Positions 12,235 to 25,504 of a stretch of DNA of 64,000 bases are shown piece after piece (position 1 is the first letter of the stretch; the number at the start of each line of letters is the position of its first letter). The notes under the pieces are model-generated. The model ran no database searches, was not told the DNA's origin, and was given only the letters and a program-made list of their open reading frames with translations. Origin of the DNA: Eledone cirrhosa (lineage: Eukaryota); assembly GCA_964016885.1 (NCBI GenBank), contig CAXHJY010000899.1:62001-126000 (forward strand). Reading direction: 5' to 3'. A program made the translations under genes and the position numbers.

Positions 12235-12542
12235 GACAGTAGCGTGTAGTTTGAGGGAGATTGGGCTGCTATTTCTAGCAGGTTCTGTAATCATGGTGAA
12301 GCTTTCTCATTGGCCTCCTTCACTCTCTTGTGAAGGAGGCCAATTGTCAAGTAGAACTTTGAACTGCTAATGGAAGAGCCACTTTATATTGTTGTTATTA
12401 TTGACAGTGACAATAATGAAATATGCCTTCATTTCTAAGTAATTTGCTAAGATGTGAATTTATTTGTGTTCAGGAATCTCTCTCTCTCTTTTTCATGACA
12501 ATTCTCCCACTAATCAACAGGGACTCTTTTAAGACCCAGTAC

Positions 12543-12800
12543 TTAAATCTTTTAATACCAAACTGCCTTGAAACTGCCTCTGATTCTATGATACTAAGCT
12601 GTATGTTTGAGAGTGTTTATATTTACCTAAAACCCTTCCACCATAATTTTATGTAAGAACCTTTGTTATGTTCCTAGCAGCAAATTAATAATGAAAAAGT
12701 TAGCTATACTAATAAATGCCTTCAAATATGATTATTTTCAAAATGATTTGAAAACCACAGGCTGTGTCGTTAATCATAAATATTGTAACAAAATGGTTAA
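12543..12800. mobile_element. piggyBac-like MITE, family PB2
   Basis: TTAA at both ends (12543-12546, 12797-12800) with degenerate TIRs; body matches 1446-1672. Confidence 0.6.
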
Positions 12801-13175
12801 CTCCAATTTCATGGCATTAAGGCAGATGAATAATTACTGCTACAATATGATTAGACTATCATGTAGATTCATCATAATTGAACCCATGTCACCATTAGTA
12901 AGAATTAACCAAAGTCAATGACCCACTACTTGACAACAACCTGATCTCTACTCTAGAGAGTGAGTGAAGTCAATAGAAAATCACTGCATGGTGTCGTGAT
13001 CAACTAGAAATAGCAGCTAAATTTCCCTCAAACCATGCCCCATTAACTTAAAAAGAAATGGAAGGACACATTCTCAGAAAATGCAACCCTAGAGGCACTA
13101 ACTATGCATTGGATGGACTGCATTTGATTGTAGGTTTACTCTACCAGAGCTGACCTGAGAATAAAGTACTCAGTT

Positions 13176-13367
13176 CCACACTGTAAATGTGGTTGGTGTT
13201 AGGAAGGGCATCCAGCTGTAAAATACCCAGCCAAAATTACAGTCATCGCCAGAGCAAGGTGTGACATGGCCAACCATAACCAGATTTGCCTCCCAGCATG
13301 GACAACCTGTTTAACCCATTGCAAGCGTGGAAAAATGGACATTAAATGGTGACGATGATGATGATGA
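13176..13367 (+). mobile_element. RTE-type 3' UTR/tail fragment
   Basis: ccacactgtaaatgtggttggtgttaggaagggcatccagctgta...aacccattgcaagcgtggaaaaatggacattaaa(tga)n. Confidence 0.85.
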
Positions 13368-13867
13368 CTGACAGAAGAATGCCAAAATCCTGGAGAGTGG
13401 AACAGCACAGATGTTTACATTTTAACACATATTTCCCCATTAAAACATAACCATAACAGTATATTCTGATGACATCTTACACACATCATATTATACCAAA
13501 ACAATAGAATAAATAAAACACACTCTATAACAAACCACACCTATACATTATTCATTATCATCATTACATGTTCTTTTTCCTGATAGCATATCAAATAACT
13601 TTACACCAATAAATCAACATTCACATTTTAAACTCACTTCCTCATCTACACATCTTACTCTCCACAACACTAAATACACCAACACACTAAAATTAATGAA
13701 TCCCCTTAAGTTTCACATCCACAACAAAGAGAACACCTACACATTACTACTTTCAAAAAAATAATAAACCTACTATGTGACCTAAAATGATATATATAAA
13801 TAAACACTTGACATTCTTAAATTTCTCACTACTTGAGGTGGGTGTTAAATATAAAGGAATCATTGTA

Positions 13868-13955
13868 AACACTAACACACATACACAACACTAACACACA
13901 TACACAACACTAACACACATACACCATACTAACACATACACAACACTAATACACA
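13868..13955. repeat. ~19-bp tandem repeat (actaacacacatacacaac) x4-5
   Basis: Directly visible. Confidence 0.85.
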
Positions 13956-14059
13956 TTGAGAGAGCATCTATGTGGTCACTTGGGCTGATAGAAATAATAG
14001 TCTAATATCCTTAAAATTACACCCTAACTTGTGAAAGATGGATAAAACATGTTAGCTAA

Positions 14060-14283
14060 TGTCAGCCGTGTCAAAGACATGACAATCTCCATAGTGCTGG
14101 TGCCCAGATTATGTGCTTCTAGTGCACTAGGTAGGGTGCAAGAACATATGTTAGCAAGATGCAGCAGGCCTCCCGCCTATACAATAGGTCAGACCTGTCC
14201 AACCCTTGCTAGCAAGGAAAGTGGATGCTAAATGATGATGAGGATGGTGATGGTGGTAGTGATGATAATGGTGATGATGATGA
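14060..14283 (+). mobile_element. short retroposon with an RTE-type 3' hairpin and (GAT)n tail; related to 48925-49110 (-)
   Basis: gtgtcaaagacatga...cctgtccaacccttgctagcaaggaaagtggatgctaaatgatg. Confidence 0.6.
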
Positions 14284-14479
14284 CTAACCTGTTTAGTCTG
14301 AACATCAACCACATCAATATCATTAGTCTGGCAGAGACTGTAAAGGTCATGAACTCTGTCTTTTCTTCCCCCTGACTACCTTAGAAAACAAAAACACTGA
14401 CATTCACACACAATTAATGTTGTCCAATTGCATTATAGTAAAGGTTGTTATCTTGATCTTCTGTTGCCAGAGTTTGACC

Positions 14480-15790
14480 ATTCTTCAGCTGTTCTCACAA
14501 GTTGTCATCCACATTTTCCTCCATAGCATTTGAGAGCTGACATTTCAGAAATCCCTACACTATTATCTCTGGGGAAACCTCTAATCAAGCTTTTCTAACC
14601 CAAGTAGTGACTGTAGCAAGGTCTGATTTCCTCTAGCAGCCACTATGTGTATAAGTAGGTTTTCTTTCTGACATTTTAATATTCCTCTACTTTTGAACGC
14701 CTTCTTACACATTACATCCATCATCTAAGCACTTAAAATATTAAGATGCCCCCCACCCCACCAGCCCTCCTATATAAAGTCTGCAAAAAACTAACAGATA
14801 CATTTAATTTGAATAAAATGGTAACCCCTCTTCCTTTGATGACCTAAACATATGCTTATTTTGCTAAATGGCTAATCAAGCACTGCCTGCATGCAGCATG
14901 GTAGACATACCACTGGTGAATGATGGCCAACTCTGTTTTGTTATCCTTCATGGAATCCCTCCCCTTCTCTATATACTGACATCTAAAAGGCATCAAGAGT
15001 CAGTAATTTGTTGCTCATCCTGCCCTGTCTTGTCTAAACAGTCTTGATCCAATCCAAGACCTTTTTCAAGCATGCAGGTGTGATCTCCACTGAGGAACTG
15101 CAATGATGGTGTGGTTGTTTTCTTGAAGATAATATATATAGTGGAAATTTGGAACCATCAACTAAACAGCCAAACATATCAGTGAATCTGCTTTTCTCAT
15201 GACCGGTAGTCTTTACATTCAGCCTAACAACCAACAGGAGACTGAGTGGTGTTATATTGGTGTTAGATCAGCATTTTTGATGTGGCTGAGTTGGGAAGGT
15301 GTAGTGATTCTTAGTAAAACAATAATGAACTTTTGAGAGTTTAATGACTTTTCTTCATGGTCTTCAGGAAGTTTCTGTGCTAGAGTGATTTGCTTTTTGT
15401 TGCTGAGCTGATGCTAATTAATAAAACAGAAAAATAACAGAGCACTATCTCTGTGTCACCTTGAATGCCTATATTTTAGCTAAAACCAGATAGATCTTCT
15501 TATAAACAGTTCTGGCATTGGTAGTTGATACACTAACATCAGCCATCTTTCTGTAAATATATAAATTTCAATATATCGTCTTCTATATGTGGGAAAGATG
15601 GCTTTTTTTTTGTCTGCCTTTTTTTGTACTTTGGCATAACTTCAAGCTTATCTTGAGCTCACCTCCACATCTGATGTTACATTCATTCACACCAAAGCAC
15701 CTCACAGCTGTACTATTACCATGTTTAACAGTATACCTTATTATTTCAAACTTATCAGCTGAGGAATAGCTCACATGTCTGGTGGGCAGC
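14480..15790 (-). pseudogene. fossil pogo/Tc2 (POGK-like) DDE transposase
   Basis: Fragments in correct order: HTH SYSSADKFEIIRYTVKHGNSTAVRCFGVNECNIR; VKTTGHEKSRFT..GCLVDGSKFP; LLTLDAF; C-terminal RKSDLATVTTWVRKA*LEVSPEIIV*GFLKCQLSNAMEENVDDNL. Many stops and frameshifts. Confidence 0.85.
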
Positions 15791-15829
15791 AGGTTGACAG
15801 TAAATGTATTAGAAAATATACTTTTTCAG

Positions 15830-16122
15830 TTATCTATTATTATTTACATATAATTATTTATAGATAATTTAATAATAAAAATGTGTGTTTCTTTTATTAT
15901 ATATATTAAAATATTAAAAATTAATATATTAAATTATAGTAGCTTATCTGCTCTTGTAGCTAGTTGTATGCATTTTATCTATTATTATTTACATATAATT
16001 ATTTATAGATAATTTAATAATAAAAATGTGTGTTTCTTTTATTATATATATTAAAATATTAAAAATTAATATATTAAATTATAGTAGCTTATCTGCTCTT
16101 GTAGCTAGTTGTATGCATTTTA
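15830..16122. repeat. exact-looking 145-bp tandem duplication
   Basis: tatctattattatttacat...gtagctagttgtatgcatt at 15831 and 15976. Confidence 0.9.
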
Positions 16123-16249
16123 TATGTAGTATTATGGGTATGCAAATTACACATTATATGTGATCTTTTACAATGTGTTAGTTATGTACTGAAGTTTATT
16201 AAGTCAACTACTCTTTTCCCACAAATGTTCAGCTCTGAGCCTATGCTAG

Positions 16250-16890
16250 AAATCTGCTGGCCTTGTGTCTAAAGTAGAAACAATTATTATTTACGTCCCT
16301 TTACAGTCTGAATTCAAATCCCACCGAGGTTAACTTTGCCTTTCATCCTTATAGGGTCGATAAAATAAAGTACCAGTAATGTACTGGGTAATTGCTGGCC
16401 TTGTGCCTAAAGTAGAAACAATTATTATTGTTATGAGCAGTGGTGGTGGATTGGCAGTTTTGGTAGAGTGTCAAACAAACTATTTTGCAGCATTTAGTCA
16501 TGACTTTCTACATTCTAAGTTCAAATCCTGCTGAGATCAACGTTACCTCTCCTCCTTCTGGAGTCAATAAAATCTAATTCCCCCTCCTCCAATTGCTGAC
16601 CTTATGCCAATATAAGAAATTATTACTACTATAGGCAGTGAATGGCAGAATAACTAAAGTGCCAGACAAAGGTATTTTTTTAAATTCTGTCTTTCGTCTA
16701 TACAGGGTCAATAAAATTAGCACCAGTCAAGTGCAGGGGTTGAATCAACTAGAGTTCCTCTGCCAAAATGTGTAACCTGGTGCCTATGCTACAGATCATT
16801 AGTTTTCATATTATAAAAAGGGTGATGAGTGGTAGAATTGTTAAAATTTCAAATAAAATGCTTTGTGGAATTTAATTATGGCCCTTTACA
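16250..16890 (+). mobile_element. cluster of 4-5 head-to-tail SINE S2 copies/fragments
   Basis: Repeated ttcaaatcc...aactttgcctttcatcc...gtcRataaaat and tgctggccttgtgYctaaagtagaaacaattatt modules. Confidence 0.8.
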
Positions 16891-16892
16891 TA

Positions 16893-17240
16893 TATCATCA
16901 TCATTGCCTGTTTTTATATACTTGCCTGTATTGGACATATCTTTAACACAGTATTTCATCACTCATCACAGTCACATGTCATCTCCTTTATGCGGTTTAG
17001 TATCCTGATATAAACTTTCATTACTTCTTTCTATGTTTTCCTCAATCTATCACTTCTACTGGTTTCTTCCACTTGGATGGCTTGCAACTTCTTTTACCAT
17101 CCTAACACACACCCAATGCCATACATCAGTGTACAGCCTACTCCAACTTTTACTTAACCCTCATCCTACATATACATCCCATATCAGTATCAGTTCCGCC
17201 TACTCCTATGGTTCAAAGATTCATAGCTTAAAAATGTCTA
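16893..17240 (-). mobile_element. heavily decayed RTE 3' end
   Basis: Reverse translation KKLQAIQVEETSRSDRLRKT*KEVMK...KEMTCD resembles the RTE C-terminus; (CAT)n tail at 16893. Confidence 0.55.
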
Positions 17241-17955
17241 CTCATTTGTAATGAGCCCTTTCAGTAAGCATATCAAAATGGTAGTTCACCTTTATTGTTA
17301 CCTTAATCTTAATATTTACCAATCAAGTTTGTTCTTTATTGTTTTCAGCTTGACAACCTAAATTGGTAATACTGTTTAGTTTGCCTGTATTCTACTTTAA
17401 AAAAAAAGTTGCTTTGTCAGCATACTGAATCACTTCTTAAATAACTTATGTGAATGACCTATAGTTCATGATTGGTGGAACTCTAATATTTCATTTCATA
17501 ATGAGGTTAACAATTGCTATTTCATAAGAATATATCATATCTACTCTTTTCTGACTACAGAACATTTCAACTAAATTAAATCCTACAAACCTGGCCTCAT
17601 GCAACAGTTAACATTAAATGTTATTTTTTGCAAATGCTTGGTTAGTATTTTAATGAACTAACTTTGAAGTTGCAACCAATTTCATAGCTAATGAAGGCAA
17701 CATCATTTTTACAATACAAAAGCACAGGCATGGTTGTGTGGTTAAGAAGTTTGGTTTGGAGCCATTGTTTTAGGGCCAGTACCACTGCATGACACATTGG
17801 GCAAGTATCTTATATAATAGCTCTGAGTCACCCAATACCTTGGGTGAATCAATTTAGTTGACAAAAACTGTACTGAAGCCCATGGTGTGTGTATATATAT
17901 AATCATCATCACAAATTAATGTGAAAATATCAGTAATTGTATGTTGTATTTCTGT

Positions 17956-18194
17956 TTAACCCTTTAGCATTTAAACCGGCTCTATCCGGCCTGAATCCTC
18001 TCACCTCTTTCTATTCAAATCTGCTGTAACTAGCCACTCATACTGATGTTAAGGTATTGTTCTCAAAATAAATAATATCAAAATCTCATATATTCAATAT
18101 TATGTGAGATAAAGCCCTTACCATGAAAATATAATAGTAAATATAGGATAATCATCATCATCATCATCATGATGATGATAATGTAAATATAAAG
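17956..18194. mobile_element. piggyBac-like MITE PB1, reverse orientation, right end damaged
   Basis: TTAAccctttagcatttaaaccgg; reverse complement of 37702-37954. Confidence 0.8.
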
Positions 18195-18195
18195 C

Positions 18196-18540
18196 TGCAT
18201 TAACTGTGGTATCATCTGTGTACTGAAATTCAATCACTAATGTAACCAATGTCTCAATGTCTTTACTCTAGTATAAAGTCTAGCAGAGTTAAATAGCTTG
18301 CCGTCTGTGAGATCTGGACTCCAGGTGGGACTTTGTCCACAGTAAGCTCAAGCATAGCTCAGAAAAAGAAAAGTGTGTAGGGGAAATTATGCATCCTTGT
18401 TTTAATCCAGCTATCACATTAAACTGATTTGTTCTGGAAATCTGGCACCACACTTTGGTTTTGCATGCTACTATGCAGAAGCTGCATGATTGCCAAATTC
18501 AGCTACCTCAAACGTTCATTGCAAACACTTTAGAAAAGAG
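18196..18540 (-). mobile_element. RTE-BovB-type reverse transcriptase fossil
   Basis: Reverse translation FNVIAGLKQGCIISPT ... TDGKLFNSARL ... QYTDD. The DG.LFN insertion between motifs is characteristic of BovB-like RTs. Confidence 0.75.
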
Positions 18541-18643
18541 TTTCATGATCTATGAAACATATACACACACATGCACATATAGATAGCCACACATATATAA
18601 GTACATATACAGCTGGATTTGTGCATGCATGTGTATAATGATA

Positions 18644-18691
<48 letters not shown>

Positions 18692-19809
18692 GTATGTATG
18701 TATTTAAAAAACATAAGCTCTGTATATACAATAATCTACTAAGCTGGGAAAGATGTATCTGTTACCAACAATGTGTGAAACTAAGTTATTCTATAGAATA
18801 TCCTAGGAATGTCTAAAACTTCAAGACAAGGTATAAAATACAATCCTCTCTACATCACATTTCCAAATTATTCTGTAGATTACTGAGCTTGTTTTAGGCA
18901 ACATTTCAAACAACCAAAATAGACATCCCGAAAAACAAATCTCACTCAGCTCAGCTACAACACAATAACTAACAGGAACTGGGCAAGGATTTATTAAATG
19001 CATGTGTAAGACAAAGGGTCAAACTATGAAATGTTTTTGTGTTAAGAATAATTTACTATGAAATTCAAATGTCATTCAAATTCAAACTGTTGCAATAAAT
19101 AGAAATAGAAGACTAAAATGATGCATTGTTCATCAGAATATCTTTTGGTTTTGGTTTCAGTACTGGTTCGCTAATAAAATGTTCTCATCTCTGTTTTCTA
19201 TTATATTATTTATTATATATGCATAGGTTCCACAAATTTCAGCTTGTTACTATAGTATCCAACCTCTGCTGTCTATTATATTATACTTTGCCTAAAAAAT
19301 ACTAGTCATTCTATTGACTACCTCAACATTCTATTAAAATTCTAAGGTAAAGTATATAAGGTCAGAATGAAATAAGATTATTCTATACTTTGCCCCCACA
19401 AAATGCTAGACATTCTATCAAATGAATATCTAGGTATTCTATACAATACCTTTGTTTCACACAAGACAGTATCAGAGTGTCAAACTTTCTGTAACAGAAA
19501 ACAAGGCCCAATCCTCTTACTGAAGTAACAATAAATACAACTCTCACATAGGAAGTTAGTGTTAAGTACATATATTACAGTCTGAACTCCTTTTAGATGT
19601 TTCGAACCTCAATGAGGATAAATTGCTTATAATATAGAAATAGAAATAAATATATAAATAATGAATGTAATGAGGTTTCTCTTATAATAATACAGCCAAA
19701 TAACTAAATTTATTAAAATAAAGTTTAAATTCCCAATAAAGAAAATTACTGTAATAAATTTAGAATTTTCAGAGCTTTGGTAATTAAAAAGAAAGAATAT
19801 TATGAGTCC

Positions 19810-20770
19810 TCATTATCATCGTTTTTACATCCATTTTTCCATGCTTGCATGGGTTAGAGGGGTCCTTTCCAGCACAGCATCTCTCCACTTATCGCGTTCA
19901 TTTGTCATCTCTGTGAGTCTCAATGATTTGCGATCAGCTCTCACCACCTCCACCCAGGTCTCCTTTGGTCTATCTCTACTACGGCTTCCTTCTACTAAGA
20001 TTTTCTGGCACTTCTTCACCCAGTGATCATCATCCATGCACATCACAGTCTTCTCTCTTGCACACCACTCTAAATTCCTCTTACTCTTTTTCTACTTACT
20101 AGTACTTTAGTTTCAGCTAAGTTTGCTCTCAGCCCTTTTGATCCCAAATTCTGTTTTCATAATTTATTTTCTAGTTCTTTTATGGATTCAGCTATAAGGG
20201 CCAGATAATTCACAGAGAAGTTCCCACGGACAGCCAGTCTTAAACTCCTCTGTTATGGCCTGGAGAACTATAATGATTGCAGTGGGCTGAGAACTAAAAC
20301 CCCATGAACTCCTTCCTGTATCGTCTACTCTCAAATTACTGACAGCTCCTCTGTACATGGCTAACACTGCTCTCACAGGCCTTTCTTCTACACCTAATTT
20401 TCTGAAGGACCACCAGATAACAGAACAAGGTACTCTATCAAAGGCCTTTTCTAGATCAACAAAAGTTAAATATTGTGGCTTATTTTGTCTAGGAACTTCT
20501 TTTGTAGTTGTCTCACTAAAAAGAGGGCATCTGTAGTACTTTTCGCAGACAAAACCAAACTGCATCTCATCTAATTTGACTCTTTCCATCACTTACATAA
20601 TCTAATCTATTAGTTTTCTTCCTCTGTAGTTGCTCCTTTCTAGAGCAATTTATGTAGCAATTTATGATTGTAATGCTGTGTCAGTCTTTGGGTATGACTC
20701 CATCCTCTATTACCTGATTGGTTATGCGGGTTATTAGTTCAATTCCTACTTCTCCCAATGATTTCAGCAT
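19810..20770 (-). mobile_element. decayed RTE LINE (third subfamily) with a large internal deletion removing the PHD region
   Basis: ORFs 20188-20592 (DEMQFGF, FVDLEKAFDRVP, LQAITEEFKTGCPWELL) and 19825-20046 (RTE C-terminus), plus a (CAT) tail. KVLVSRK is joined directly to RGI..VQERRL at ~20085. Confidence 0.9.
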
Positions 20771-22682
20771 TATGTCTAAATATATATTTTTTATATATAT
20801 AGACTTTTGTATTATAAGTTCCATGAAGCTGATGAACATTATCTGATTAAGAAGGAATATGACTGGCCAACAGAGTTATTTCATAGGAATGATACAGCAT
20901 TAGCCATATTAGTAAGCACCACATCACAACAAGGGTAATTACATGAAAAAGATCACCATCAGTTCAGCTGGTCATGTGAATGTGTTGGAATTACTGCTTA
21001 TCCTAAACCTTTCAAGAGACTAAACCAAAAACACGGAAAGAAAGATAGATTGAAAGAAAAGAAGGAAAACAATATTAACAAAACAAAAGAACAGATTTTA
21101 ACAATTGATGTTAGTAACTGTAAAATGGGAATATCATTTTACACAAAAGATGGGTCTTTAAAGAAAAAAAAATAATTATCACTATCAAAAATATGAAAAA
21201 CAAAATAGACTAATATATAGGAAATTCTGTTGGCTTGGAAGGTCAGATATCCAATTATCTGATTTTAAAATTATGGTCTGTCAAAACTGGCTTGAATAGA
21301 AGGCATTTCTTTCTAGTCATGGAAACAGTGAGTATATTACTATTCCATTTTAATGTCTACTTAGACCATATTGCAAAAGTTGAAAGCAGTACTGAACTAG
21401 TATAGTATATATGAATGTATAATTTGAAAAAGAAAATTACTAGGATTAAAGATCAAAATATATAAGGGAGTGAGAGTGGGATTGTATACAGTTGCAAATG
21501 ATACAAGGGTGGGTTGTTGATTATCAATAATGCACTGATAATTTCTTTTTATATATTGACAAGAAAATTAATTGAGAGTGCATCACTAGATGTGGTCTCA
21601 CTCTTGTCACTACTGTGTAGGTTTGAATTTGAAAATGTCAATTGAATTGCCATTGTTATGAGAACACTCATGGTCAAGTTTGTTGTAAATGATTTTATAG
21701 ATAGAAACAGGACTAATTTGCATATTATTTCCTGGTTCAGACTCTTGTCTGTTCAACAGAAACATGTCAGGGATTCATTCAATATTGTCCTTACTGCAAG
21801 ACATGGTTAGGTGCTTAGTTCCCTCTTGATGTGTGGTACTTATAATTATGTCACCATTTGTTAATGTTTCAATTCATTCATAGAATCCCAAGAAACAAAA
21901 CACTGAGAGAGTGTGTGTGTGTGTGTTATCTAAAGAAGAAATAGTTAAGTCTGACTAGAGAGTTATTTCATCTCTTAGACATGATGACCCAACAATATAT
22001 TGAACCACAAAGAGATGCCTTATCTCAGATTGTCAAAGACAATCTGTATGGAAAAAATAAATCATTAAATTCAATAATAATGTTGATGATCTTTAAGATT
22101 ATTTTCATCAGTGAACTTGGCTCTGAAAAATCTTTAAATAATTTATTTCTACCATTGATCTTTGATAAATTGTTATAAAACACACACACTACACAAACAT
22201 TATTTTTATAAGAGTGTTTTTCCCTTACGGACACTTGACCTTACCATCCTGGTTCTTTTCTAAAAATATGTTATTTCTTTTATGAGAATTTTGATATTAA
22301 ATGTGTTGTTTATCACATCATTTAAAACATCAGTGTTCAGAGAGACATCTAGAAATCTTTATGTTAATCGACATTCATATATTCTGATGTTTCATTGACA
22401 ATATCTGCTATGTGCTGAAATAATATTTTCTTCTCAATGTGTTTGCTGTTTTCTTTTTTTTTGGGGGGGGGGGGGGGGCAGACTTTATACAAATATAGAA
22501 AGTCAATAGTATGTAAACACATTAACCATTTTCCAAAATAGGTTATTGCACAAGTAGCAAGAATCTGTTACTCGTTTGAATAATTCTTTGCTATTTCTAA
22601 ATCAAGAAAATTTACAATGGAAGAATTATTAAGAACATATAATAACATAGGAATGGATTCAAACTTATTTCAAATTGCTTTC

Positions 22683-22915
22683 TTAACCCTTTCATTTCCA
22701 TATTTCTAATGAAAGACAGCCTATAATTTTCAAATAGTTTTTAATTTATTAAAGAATTTGGAAGGATTTAGTAATATAATTAACTTTCTCATTAATAAGC
22801 TGGTGTTTGGAACATAACAAAGGATCTCACAAAAATTATGATGGAAGTCTTTTGGATAAATATAAACAATTTAGAACAAACAACTTTGTATTGTAGAACC
22901 AGGGTCAGATTCATA
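22683..22915. mobile_element. piggyBac-like MITE PB2, reverse orientation
   Basis: TTAAccctttcatttcc start; reverse of the 1446/12543 bodies. Confidence 0.55.
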
Positions 22916-23691
22916 TCACCTATCCAACCCACTTCCCCATCAATGTAATTATTTTTCCTATATACATAAAAAAAAAATAAAGATTATGTGTTCACCTGGC
23001 CTGTTAGAAGAATAGCGAAACCTCACTCAAATTACCCTGCCATTTTAAATTAAAAAGGGATACAGTGTCGTCTCTGATATACAAAAAAGATGGTGGGATG
23101 GTCATGATTAGAAAGGCTGTCATCATAGATCTACTACTTGCTCAAGACTGATTTGGGACAAAACAACAGCTATAATTTCCTGCCACTCAGGTAAAGAACA
23201 AGTTTGTGTGCATATGTGTATTATACAACTTTACCTATTTAACTAATTAATACTCACATTACCATATTTTTAATTTATAAAAAAGACTGCCTATAAATGT
23301 GTAGTTATTGTGGAAATAATCAAAAATGTTGAGAGATTTAATAAAATAATTAACTTTCTTATTCAAATCCCACTGAGATCAACTTTGCCATTCATCCTTC
23401 CAGGAGTGATAAAATAAAGTACTAATGAAGTACTAGAGTCAATTTAATCAGCTCTTTCTTCACCTAAAAAATAGTTTGGTTTTGTGCCTAAATTAGAAAC
23501 CATTATTATTATTATTATTATTATAGCTAGGTAGTTAAAGTGCTACACTAATACAAAGAGTTATGTTCTTAAACAAGATATGTTGCTCGCCTTTTTTTAA
23601 ATTAGATTGCTGGAGTTATTGATTATTTTAAAATTCTTTGGCTAACTGTTATAAAACAATTGTGTTTCTGAGTTATCATCATCATTAGCAT

Positions 23692-23960
23692 AATCATCAT
23701 TTTACGTCCATTTTTCATGCTGGCATGGATTGGGTAGATCATCTTGATCAAAGAATAGATGGGTAAAAAAAAAGAACTGCATTTTGTTGTGGCACCAACA
23801 CCACAGCTTTACAGAGTGTACTGGGTGTATTTTATTATGGAACCAGCACAACTACTGTAGGGAATGTATTGGGTGTATTTTATCATAGAACCAGCATTAC
23901 TACTCTAGAGAGTGTGTTGGGTGCATTTTATTATAGCACCAGCACCATAGAGGTCCGTAT
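23692..23960 (-). mobile_element. RTE-type tail with ~48-bp tandemly repeated UTR module (x3)
   Basis: atcatcattttacgtccatttttcatgctggcatgg followed by repeated gtgtRYtgggtgYattttatYatRgMaccagca. Confidence 0.65.
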
Positions 23961-25207
23961 GTCAATCAGCAGTTAAAATTATACATATCTATCAAACAAC
24001 TGGAGAAAAACAAACAACAACAAAAAACACAGAAACTTCAGAACTGGATTTAAATTGAAAGTTTTTTTTCAAGTTCATTGGGTACATTTTGATATCCAGA
24101 GTGGTAATCAAACATGGCTGGAACTATATAGTGATTTTCACACCTGCAATAATTACATTGCAAACACTATAATTTTATCTAGAAAGACTATAATTTTAGT
24201 CTTTTTTCTAATCTGTTCTGGTAACTATATATTCCATGTCTTGTACTTAACAAAGTTGTTGTTCTCTGAACCCCTTCATTCCTTTTAGTTTTCTTTGTCT
24301 GACAGGGCATAATTAACCTACCATAATTAGGATCTAACATAACATGAGTATTTCAACATTAAACTAGTCAGACCAAAATATTCACTCATTGAACTTTCTG
24401 AGCATCAAGGATCATTTTGTTAATTTGATGTTGCTAATAATTTGATGTACATATATTTGAACTGTTAGCATATCTTATAAAATTGCTTGATTTTATTGTA
24501 AAGTTACTCTTTCTCTCTCTGTTCTTTTTTTTTTCTTTCTTTTTTGGTAACATAAGAAATATTCACAGTTAAAGTATTTATTGTATTTTGTTTTTCTTAT
24601 TTTATTTTAACTCAGGAAACTTAGTTTTATTTCCTCTATAATCTCCGATAGATTCTATTTCAAAGTTGATTATAGTAAACTAAGTATGTCAATCTAATTT
24701 TGTCACACCATCTAATAAACGTGTTTAGTCTTCTATAAAAAGAATGACTGTGGGAAAATATACAGGGACGTCTGCTGCATAAAAAATTAATGGTAAAATC
24801 GATGCTAACATAATTGATGTAATGAGCTAAGAAATTTTAATTAATTAATTTCACTCTTATTGATGAGGAAAAAAGTCATAATCTAAATAAATCTGATCAA
24901 GAAAGAACAAAACTATAATTTAACTTTTATTAATTCGTAATTTAGAATGCAGTTGTGACAACTTTCAGTCTTATTATACCTCATCAGGAAAGCATAGTCT
25001 GACCTTTCCTGCAGATCATTGAATGAATAGAGAGGATATAGCTGGATTCTATTCACTCTATTACTGACTACTTACTTGTCAAGTTAGGAATGACTATTAC
25101 TCAGCTTTATATTGAAATGATACTGTTTTTAATATTTTTTTATCATGCTGTTTATGAAGATATTATTGAAGAATGATGTGTTGAAGGGTGTTGTCAGCAA
25201 CACTTAG

Positions 25208-25392
25208 TTAATTGGCAGTATCAGTAGAGGGTTGGACGCCATGCTTTCTAGCATAGTTACATCCCTTTTTGGTCTGGGTTCAAATCCCGTCGAGGTTAAC
25301 TTTGCTTTTCATCCTTACGGGGTCGATTAAATAAAGTACCAGTAATGTACTGGGTATTTGCTGACCTTGTGCCAAAAGTAGAAACAATTATT
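25208..25392 (+). mobile_element. SINE S2, near full-length
   Basis: ttggcagtatcagtagag (A box) ... gggttcaaatccc (B box) ... gtagaaacaattattt. Confidence 0.9.
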
Positions 25393-25504
25393 TAAATGAA
25401 TATTAAGCATATTTATTATGCTGTGTCTAATAGAAGACCTTCCATTCTTTTGAAAGTTAAGGAACATTAAAGTATTCCATAACCTGAGCAAAGGTATTCT
25501 TTTT

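Noticed and set aside
21990-22070. Strong minus-strand acceptor ttttttccatacag
   Set aside because: All three frames stop within ~25 nt and there is no good donor nearby.
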